Assembly (NCBI GenBank): GCA_017440545.1
Contig: JAFSGZ010000009.1
Location: forward strand, 1-54,689
Direction: 5' to 3'
DNA from: Oscillospiraceae bacterium
GTDB lineage: Bacteria > Bacillota > Clostridia > Oscillospirales > Ruminococcaceae
Length of the DNA: 54,689 nucleotides
The position numbers were made by a program, and so were the translations under genes. Positions within the stretch are counted from its first letter, which is position 1. Each line of letters opens with the position of its first letter. A model generated the notes under the pieces. That model made no database searches, had not been told where the DNA came from, and was given only the letters and a program-made list of their open reading frames with translations. Positions 49,022-54,689 of this stretch are shown here, piece by piece.

Positions 49022-49837
49022 TTAATTTTCGCGTTTTTTTACGCGATATTGGCTTGGAGTCATCAAAAACTCCTTTTTAAAGCTTTTCATAAAATGGATT
49101 TCGTCTGTAAAGCCGCAGGAGTTTGCAATACTGTTTATACTAAGCTCGGTGCTTCTTAGTAGTTTCTTTGAAAGCTCTAAACGCTTTTTAACGATATACT
49201 TAATCATAGTTGTGCCATACTGCTCTTTAAAAAGCCTGCACAGATGCGAGTGGCTTATATTAAGTGAGGAGCAAAGTGTATCTATATCAATATTAGGCTC
49301 GGTAAAGCTGTTGTCAATTATTCTGACAGCGTTTTCAGCGCCTTTTAAAATCGGTGCCTCTGTCGAGAGGTGCATTATTTCATAAAAAACCGAGAGAGCT
49401 AAAAAATACTCACTGCCTTGAGGGGTTTTTAACGCCTTTAAAAGTGAGTCTAACATTTTTACGACCTTTGCCTGCTCATTAATAGATTTTACAGCATTTT
49501 CTCTGCTAAAGCCCATTTCCTTGCCGTAGCGCTCTGCCTTTTTGCCGTTAAAATTAAACCAAACATACTCCCAAGGGTCGTCCTCATTTGGAAAATACAT
49601 CATAGGGATTTTAGGCTCAATAAAAAACAAATCGCCTTTTTTTACCTTAAACTCTCTGTCCTCTATAAATAGCCTGCCACTGCCATCTAAAACATAATGC
49701 AGGGTGTAATGGTTTTGAATCCATTTATATTTTACGGGTTTTATATATTCAAAATTGTTGTACCCAATAACATTTATGCCAAAATCCTCATCTGGCGGAA
49801 ACATTGCTTTAAAATCATACTCCTCAAAAAATGCCAT
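49022..49837 (-). CDS. AraC-family transcriptional regulator (cupin + HTH)
   Basis: C-terminal ..LCSSLNISHSHLCRLFK.. and ..IANSCGFTDEIHFMKSFKK.. form an AraC HTH pair. Confidence 0.85.
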   Translation of the reverse strand: MAFFEEYDFKAMFPPDEDFGINVIGYNNFEYIKPVKYKWIQNHYTLHYVLDGSGRLFIEDREFKVKKGDLFFIEPKIPMMYFPNEDDPWEYVWFNFNGKKAERYGKEMGFSRENAVKSINEQAKVVKMLDSLLKALKTPQGSEYFLALSVFYEIMHLSTEAPILKGAENAVRIIDNSFTEPNIDIDTLCSSLNISHSHLCRLFKEQYGTTMIKYIVKKRLELSKKLLRSTELSINSIANSCGFTDEIHFMKSFKKEFLMTPSQYRVKKREN

Positions 49838-49982
49838 ATAATCACTCCCTTAAAATCAGTATATCACAAGGTTTTGAATATGTAAATAGTAAAAAAACAC
49901 AGTAAATTCGATAATTCTATCCATTATAATAAAGCTTATTTTATTTTACAATAAAGAAAAAGATTATAGGGAGGACCTTAAA

Positions 49983-51221
49983 ATGAGTAAAGTTAAACTT
50001 GCAGTAATCGGACTTGGCTGCCGTGGCTTTAGCGTACTTAAGTATGTTCTTTTAAAGATTAAGGATGCTGAAATCGTTTCGGTTTGCGACGTTTATGAGG
50101 ACCGTATCGACAGAGCGCTTAATACAATCAAAGAAGCAGGCGGCGAAGCTAAAGGATTTACTGATTATAAAGAGGCTTTAAATGTAGCCGGTATTCAGGG
50201 TGTGTGCATCTTCACATCTTGGCAGATGCACAGCGAAATTTCAACCTATGCTATGGAAAAGGGTATTCCCGTTGGTAGTGAGGTTGGTTGTGAGTTTTCA
50301 CTCGAAGGCTGCTTTGATGTTGTTAAAACACAAGAGAGAACAAAAACACCTTATATGTTTGTTGAAAACTGTTGCTATGGTAAGGATGAGCTTTTAGCTA
50401 CAAATATGGCAAGAAAGGGTCTTTTCGGCTCTATCGTTCACTGCTCAGGTTCTTACAGCCACGACCTTCGCGAAGAGGTTGTGTTTGGTAAAGAAAACCG
50501 TCACTATCGTTTCGACAACTATGTAAACCGCAACTGCGATAACTACCCGACTCACGAGCTCGGACCTATCGCTAAGCTTTTAAACATTAACCGCGGTAAT
50601 AGAATTGTTGCTGTTTCTTCTATGGCTTCTAAGGCTATGGGTATGCACGAATATGTTGAGAAGATAGGTAAGGAAAAGGAAATTCCCGCTTACCTTTACA
50701 ACACAGAATTTAAGCAGGGCGATATTATCGACACCCTCATTAAATGTGCAAACGGCGAAACCATCAGACTTAAGCTTGACACTAATCTCCCCAGACAGTA
50801 TTCACGCGACTTTACAGTAAGAGGTACTAAAGGCCTTTACGAACAGGCAACCAATACCGTTTATTTAGATGGTGACTGCAAGGAAGAAATTTGGGAGCCC
50901 GCTAAATTCTACAGAGAATTTTTAGACAGCGCAAAGAAATATGAGGATGAGTATCTTCCTAAGATTTGGCGTGAAATCAGCGAAGAGGACAAAAAAGCAG
51001 GTCACGGCGGTATGGACTATTTTGCGTACAATGCATTTGTTGACTGCATTAAGAACAAAAAGCCTATGCCCATCGACGTTTACGACGGTGCAGTTTGGAT
51101 GGCAGTTTCTGTTCTCTCCGAGCAGTCTATAATCCAAGGCGGCGCAGCTCAGTATATGCCCGACTTCACCGCAGGTAAGTGGATGACAAGGCCCTCGCTC
51201 GACGTAATCGACTGGGAATAA
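49983..51221 (+). CDS. Gfo/Idh/MocA-family NAD-dependent oxidoreductase (GH109-like)
   Basis: N-terminal Rossmann motif ..LAVIGLGCRG... 412 aa. Divergent from the AraC gene. Confidence 0.75.
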   Translation: MSKVKLAVIGLGCRGFSVLKYVLLKIKDAEIVSVCDVYEDRIDRALNTIKEAGGEAKGFTDYKEALNVAGIQGVCIFTSWQMHSEISTYAMEKGIPVGSEVGCEFSLEGCFDVVKTQERTKTPYMFVENCCYGKDELLATNMARKGLFGSIVHCSGSYSHDLREEVVFGKENRHYRFDNYVNRNCDNYPTHELGPIAKLLNINRGNRIVAVSSMASKAMGMHEYVEKIGKEKEIPAYLYNTEFKQGDIIDTLIKCANGETIRLKLDTNLPRQYSRDFTVRGTKGLYEQATNTVYLDGDCKEEIWEPAKFYREFLDSAKKYEDEYLPKIWREISEEDKKAGHGGMDYFAYNAFVDCIKNKKPMPIDVYDGAVWMAVSVLSEQSIIQGGAAQYMPDFTAGKWMTRPSLDVIDWE

Positions 51222-51231
51222 TTTAAATTTT

Positions 51232-51264
51232 AAAAGCCTTGCTTTGTGCAGGGCTTTTTATTTT
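51232..51264 (+). terminator. Rho-independent terminator
   Basis: GCCTTGC/GCAGGGC stem followed by a T-run. Confidence 0.7.
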
Positions 51265-51367
51265 GTAATTTTAGATTTTTGTGATAAAATATAATAAATT
51301 CTACGCTTCGTGGGTGTGAAAGCAAAGGCTATTGTGATATATTTTCTTTTAGAAAGGAGAGAGCGTT

Positions 51368-52006
51368 ATGAATCAGAAAAAAATAGGTGAATTCATTGCA
51401 CTTAAAAGAAAAGAAAAGGGCTTAACACAAATGGAGCTTGCAGACATACTTTTAATAAGCAACAAAACGATTTCCAAATGGGAGTGCGGCAACGGGCTTC
51501 CCGAAGTTAGCCTAATGCTTCCGCTATGTAATGTGCTTGGCATTTCGGTAAATGAGCTTTTATCGGGCGAGGAGCTTGAAAGCAGTTATAAGGAAAAAGC
51601 CGAAGAAAATTTAATTAGTCTTATTGAAGACAAACAAAAAAATCGCCTTAGCACAAATGCACTTTTAATTTGGCAAACTGTTTGTTTAATAATTTCAATT
51701 ATTATCTGGCTTATTTTATTTGCCGACAGCAATGTGTATCAGCTTGGACAGACGCCCACACCGCTTACCCTTTGTTATCTCACAGTCGGATTTGTTTTAA
51801 TTCACCTGACGGTGTCGGTTATAGGCTATGCCATTATAAAACATAGCAGCAAATTAGTTCTTACTGCGCTTTTGTTTGCATCATTAGCCTGCCTGTTAAT
51901 TAGCCTTGGCTACAAGACCGCTTGGCTTATTATCCCCTCTTTTATAGGCGTTGTAATATGTTTTATTTTAAGTCTGCTAAGTCTATTTAAAAAGAAAAAG
52001 AGCTAA
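51368..52006 (+). CDS. XRE-family HTH regulator with C-terminal transmembrane segments
   Basis: Has ..LTQMELADILLISNKTISKWECG.. (HTH_3) followed by about 4 hydrophobic spans. Confidence 0.75.
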   Translation: MNQKKIGEFIALKRKEKGLTQMELADILLISNKTISKWECGNGLPEVSLMLPLCNVLGISVNELLSGEELESSYKEKAEENLISLIEDKQKNRLSTNALLIWQTVCLIISIIIWLILFADSNVYQLGQTPTPLTLCYLTVGFVLIHLTVSVIGYAIIKHSSKLVLTALLFASLACLLISLGYKTAWLIIPSFIGVVICFILSLLSLFKKKKS

Positions 52007-52032
52007 CCGAAAATTTCGGTTAGCTCTTTTTT
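51991..52032. terminator. Bidirectional terminator hairpin
   Basis: GAGCTAACCGAAA/TTTCGGTTAGCTC palindrome (52000..52026) with A- and T-runs. It overlaps the XRE gene stop. Confidence 0.65.
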
Positions 52033-52579
52033 ATTCTTCACCGATTAACGTAACCTTGGTGTATGGATGCTTTAAGGCGGGGACTAATTTATTTATTAAA
52101 TCCTCAACCGAGATTTTAACGCAGGATGTGTTTACACAAGGGTGAATACCAACTGTTTTTTGCTTTAATATATCCTCGTCGATTAAAAGACGAACGCAGT
52201 CCTCATTATCATATTTAAGTCCCATAATGCTCACAGAGCCGGGTGTAATATTTAGGTGTTTTTGCATATGCTCGGCATTTGCAAAAGACAGACGTGCAAC
52301 CCCAAGCTGAGAGGAAAGCTCTTTTGTTTTAAACTTTTTGCCGTCAGGAATTAAAAGCAGATAAAACTGTGTTTCCTGACGATTACATAAAAACAGGTTT
52401 TTGCAAATATTGGTGTCAAGCGCTTTATCTATCTCCTGACACGCTTCCATTGTCATAGCGCTTTCGTGGTCGGCACTTATGTAATCTATATTAAGCTCGT
52501 CCAAAAGCCCATAGCTTGAAATTTCCTTTTGCTCTCTGCCCTCTAAATTATTAGGCTTTCCGTTATAAACTGTTACCAT
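52031..52579 (-). CDS. YbaK/ProX-family (prolyl-tRNA-synthetase-associated) editing-domain protein
   Basis: 182 aa. Has ..KNLFLCN.. and ..TPGSVS..HPC.. in the pattern of ProX-like deacylases. Confidence 0.7.
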   Translation of the reverse strand: MVTVYNGKPNNLEGREQKEISSYGLLDELNIDYISADHESAMTMEACQEIDKALDTNICKNLFLCNRQETQFYLLLIPDGKKFKTKELSSQLGVARLSFANAEHMQKHLNITPGSVSIMGLKYDNEDCVRLLIDEDILKQKTVGIHPCVNTSCVKISVEDLINKLVPALKHPYTKVTLIGEE

Positions 52580-53049
52580 TTTTTCTCCTCCGTTATTTTA
52601 TCGATTAGGGCTGTACAGCCGCTTAAAATGTCATTATAGGCAGATGTAAAGTCGCCGCTGTACCACGGGTCTAAAACATCGCGCTCGCTACCATTAAAAG
52701 AAAGCAGCTTATACATTTTACCCTCTGCCTCATCTCCTAAAATATAGCGCATATTTCTTAAATTTTTGTCATCCATACAGACAAACATATCATAAAGCGG
52801 CAAATCCTCTTTTTTAAGCCTTACTGATCTTTTATCATCAGGGTAAATGCCGTTTTTTTGAAGCTCTCTTAAAGCGGGCGGATAAATGGGGTTGCCTACA
52901 CCTCTGTATATTTCCTCATCGCTCGTAGCAGAGGACGAAACCTTAAATTTACCCTCAAGCCCTCGTTTTTTTATTAAATCTTTGAATATAAACTCTGCCA
53001 TAGGGCTTCGGCAAATATTGCCGTGGCAGACGAACATTATTTTTATCAT
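52573..53049 (-). CDS. Low-molecular-weight protein tyrosine phosphatase
   Basis: MIKIMFVCHGNICRSPMAEF has the CX5R(S) P-loop, and a DPWY-type Asp loop is present. Its first 11 codons lie inside the left direct repeat. Confidence 0.85.
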   Translation of the reverse strand: MIKIMFVCHGNICRSPMAEFIFKDLIKKRGLEGKFKVSSSATSDEEIYRGVGNPIYPPALRELQKNGIYPDDKRSVRLKKEDLPLYDMFVCMDDKNLRNMRYILGDEAEGKMYKLLSFNGSERDVLDPWYSGDFTSAYNDILSGCTALIDKITEEKKW

Positions 53050-53052
53050 AAA
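53016..53052. repeat. Left 37-bp direct repeat (attL-like)
   Basis: TATTGCCGTGGCAGACGAACATTATTTTTATCATAAA. Matches 54532..54568 at 36 of 37 positions. Confidence 0.9.
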
Positions 53053-53224
53053 TTTTTCCTCATTTCCTTAGAAATTATAACACGAGCAAATATTATTTGC
53101 AAGATATATGCTTAAGCTTTGTTCGTTGTGGCAAGGGCACACCCCTACACCCCTCAATATTGCTTTTGTTTTACAAAAACAATATAGAATACAAATATCA
53201 ACACCACTTACGGCTCGTACAGTA

Positions 53225-53253
53225 TTGATATTTATAGCGGTGTATGATATAAT
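53225..53253 (+). promoter_or_regulatory. Near-consensus sigma-A promoter with extended -10
   Basis: TTGATA (53225..53230), 17-nt spacer, TGaTATAAT (-10 at 53248..53253). Confidence 0.6.
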
Positions 53254-53293
53254 TAATATGTTAATATTATCAATTTTTAGGAGCATGTAATAA

Positions 53294-53554
53294 ATGTACA
53301 ATCCCCGCAATTATGCAATAAGCATTGAAAAAATATTAGGTACTCCGCAATATTTAACTGGAGAAGTTGAGAATAACCCACTTTCTTTTTTATCAAGTTT
53401 CCTTGATGAAAAATATGACTCGGACGAAGCAACCGCGCAACTAATTGATTCTTTTGATGAAAAATTCTCAAAATATAAAGGTTTACCTTTAATCAACTGG
53501 GAAGAAAAAGATGCGGAACAACTGGTAAATGATTTGAGAAGAATTTTTTCATAA
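53294..53554 (+). CDS. Hypothetical small acidic protein (86 aa)
   Basis: ORF with AGGAG 10 nt upstream. D/E-rich, no family recognised. First gene of the insertion cassette. Confidence 0.55.
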   Translation: MYNPRNYAISIEKILGTPQYLTGEVENNPLSFLSSFLDEKYDSDEATAQLIDSFDEKFSKYKGLPLINWEEKDAEQLVNDLRRIFS

Positions 53555-53572
53555 TAGAGGGAGTTAATAGTA

Positions 53573-54364
53573 ATGGGCGTTTTTATTATTTTAGCTTTAC
53601 TTGCAATAGGTGCATGTTTTATTGGTAGTTTGGGCTGCAAAATTGATGCAAAATCAAAAGAGAAAACAAACAAACTAATCAATTCTTGGCAAGACGATTG
53701 GTTTGGAAAATTGCAAACCGCTTGTATAGAAAAAGGTATTGATACCCCACCAAAAAGCATTTTAGACAAAGAGGAAATTTGGGTAGCGTATAATGGTAGC
53801 AGAACGCATTCGCCAGGCTATCTATGGGAAGATGGCAAACATATAATTTTTTGTAATGATGCTTTAAACCAGTATGATCGTCCTTTTACGGATAATATGT
53901 TGATAATTCCGTTTGAAGACATTCTTTTCTATACAAAAGATGGAAATATATCTTATACCAACAAAATAATAAACGAAGGCAAAAACATCTCCGTATCGGG
54001 TGCAATAGTAGGTGGTTTAATTGCGGGAGATGCAGGTGCTATAATCGGTGCTGGAAAAAACGCTAATAAAATTCAAAATGTAACGGTTTCGCACGATGAT
54101 ATACACACCTTTATCTATTACAATGCGGAAAATGATTGCGTGAAAATTGCAGATGTAAAAGGTCAAAAATTCTATACATATATCTTACAATTATTGCCTC
54201 ACAAAGAATATAATTATGTCAATAATTTGAATTCAAATACCACCAATGTCGAAAATGATTCAGTTAAGCAATCATTAGAAAAGTTGAAAGAATTATATGA
54301 CAATAACCTGATTGATGAAGCAGAATATAAAGCAAAAAAAGAACAATTACTAAATCAATTATAA
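53573..54364 (+). CDS. Membrane-anchored protein with a glycine-zipper segment and a C-terminal SHOCT-like domain
   Basis: SD GAGGGAG upstream. N-terminal hydrophobic segment MGVFIILALLAIGACFIGSLGC. GAIVGGLIAGDAGAIIGAG glycine zipper. C-terminus ..LEKLKELYDNNLIDEAEYKAKKEQLL.. matches the SHOCT pattern. Confidence 0.7.
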   Translation: MGVFIILALLAIGACFIGSLGCKIDAKSKEKTNKLINSWQDDWFGKLQTACIEKGIDTPPKSILDKEEIWVAYNGSRTHSPGYLWEDGKHIIFCNDALNQYDRPFTDNMLIIPFEDILFYTKDGNISYTNKIINEGKNISVSGAIVGGLIAGDAGAIIGAGKNANKIQNVTVSHDDIHTFIYYNAENDCVKIADVKGQKFYTYILQLLPHKEYNYVNNLNSNTTNVENDSVKQSLEKLKELYDNNLIDEAEYKAKKEQLLNQL

Positions 54365-54384
54365 ATATGACAAAATATATAAAT

Positions 54385-54420
54385 ACAGGCACGGATTTTG
54401 TTCCGTGCCTGTTGGCTTTT
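54385..54420 (+). terminator. Rho-independent terminator of the cassette
   Basis: ACAGGCACGGA-TTTTGT-TCCGTGCCTGT followed by TGGCTTTT. Confidence 0.75.
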
Positions 54421-54497
54421 GTATCATATTCAGGGCTTTTCTATATTTTTTAAAAGTAGTAAAAAAGTAGTAAAATTGCAAAATATCTTTGCAAGAC

Positions 54498-54523
54498 GTG
54501 GTATATAGTGGCATAGATTGGCA
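54498..54523. repeat. Three 10-bp-phased GTGGCA-like words
   Basis: GTGGTA at 54498, GTGGCA at 54508, TTGGCA at 54518. GTGGCA occurs again inside each direct repeat (53023, 54539) and at 53128. Confidence 0.6.
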
Positions 54524-54526
54524 AGT

Positions 54527-54565
54527 TTATTTATTGCCGTGGCAGACGAACATTATTTTTGTCAT
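54527..54565 (-). pseudogene. Displaced 5' stub of the LMW-PTP gene (12 codons)
   Basis: ATG at 54565 preceded by AGAGG. Reads MTKIMFVCHGNK then a stop as the repeat ends. Confidence 0.7.
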
Positions 54566-54568
54566 AAA
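54532..54568. repeat. Right 37-bp direct repeat (attR-like)
   Basis: TATTGCCGTGGCAGACGAACATTATTTTTGTCATAAA. One A/G difference from the left copy. Confidence 0.9.
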
Positions 54569-54689
54569 AACCTCTAATGTATTGTTTTAAAAATAAGGGG
54601 CTCTTTGTTTGGAGCTGTGTCTTTTATTTCTATGCCCGAAAGATACATTTTTAATGCTTCATCAAAAAGCTTGTTATGGGATGTGTAAA

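Larger units (their letters stand above)
53053..54531. mobile_element. 1.48-kb AT-rich insertion between the direct repeats (integrase-less island or remnant)
   Basis: Bounded by the 37-bp repeats. GC hand-counted on single 60-nt lines is about 22-28% inside and about 43-45% in flanking genes. Carries its own promoter, two genes and a terminator. Confidence 0.65.

Noticed and set aside
53254-53269. TAATAT-GTTA-ATATTA inverted repeat at the cassette transcription start, as an operator
   Set aside because: Six-bp AT-only arms in DNA of about 25% GC are expected by chance, so there is no support for a bound regulator.
53068-53310. 80-aa minus-strand ORF and 60-aa plus-strand ORF (53108..53290) in the island's left arm
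   Set aside because: No SD and odd composition. They overlap the cassette promoter. The region is treated as non-coding.
53311-53769. 152-aa minus-strand ORF spanning both island genes
   Set aside because: It has a TTG start and its first ATG has no purine-rich SD (upstream is CCTCTTTG). The plus strand has a promoter, two good SDs, a terminator and a recognisable SHOCT tail, so the plus strand is taken as coding.
54452-54472. Tandem AAAAGTAGTA repeat as a CRISPR or minisatellite
   Set aside because: There are only two 10-11-nt units with no spacers. It is kept only as part of the att-proximal repeat finding.
54651-54689. Possible C-terminus of a minus-strand gene entering from the right edge (..FTHPITSFLMKH, then stop)
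   Set aside because: Only 12 codons are visible, so neither the frame nor the identity can be supported.

Overview
A 54.7-kb window from a low-GC, spore-forming Firmicute, probably Clostridia (spoVM, spoIIR and yaaT/ricT are present). All calls come from reading the ORF track and sequence and from remembered family motifs. No searches were run.

Most of the window is conserved housekeeping synteny:
- Minus strand, 1-21.6 kb: a stand-alone guaA PP-loop unit, a CofE-like gene, nadA, cysK, then the Bacillus-like block spoVM-thiN-rsgA-prkC-prpC-rlmN-rsmB-(Zn peptidase)-fmt-def-priA, then rpoZ-gmk-remA-yicC, ymdB and rny.
- 21.8-28 kb: two paralogous NitT/TauT-type ABC importers flanking a YbaK-like gene.
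- 28-33 kb: a sugar isomerase, a clostridial ferredoxin, ricT-holB-darA, a QueG-like gene and a CBS protein.
- 33-47 kb: potABCD behind a long structured leader, spoIIR, rplU-prp-rpmA, a pair of M16 peptidases, lgt with a long tail, folD, and a THF riboswitch followed by folT, an Fe-S aldo/keto reductase, a second ECF S-component and a kinase.
- 47-53 kb: putP, an araC-type regulator, a GH109-like oxidoreductase, an XRE membrane regulator, a ProX-like gene and an LMW-PTP gene.

No rRNA, tRNA or CRISPR array was seen.

The one clearly accessory segment is at the right end. A 1.48-kb AT-rich insertion (53053..54531) is bounded by 37-bp direct repeats that duplicate the 5' end of the LMW-PTP gene. 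It has no recombinase gene. It carries a near-consensus promoter driving two genes: an 86-aa acidic protein and a 263-aa membrane-anchored protein with a glycine zipper and a SHOCT-like tail. Next to the right repeat is a 10-bp-phased array of GTGGCA-like words. This is the best candidate for something undescribed, but its function is inference only.

Secondary leads are the potA leader (a possible riboswitch or uORF switch), the gene content of the THF-riboswitch operon, the split GuaA, and small unannotated ORFs.
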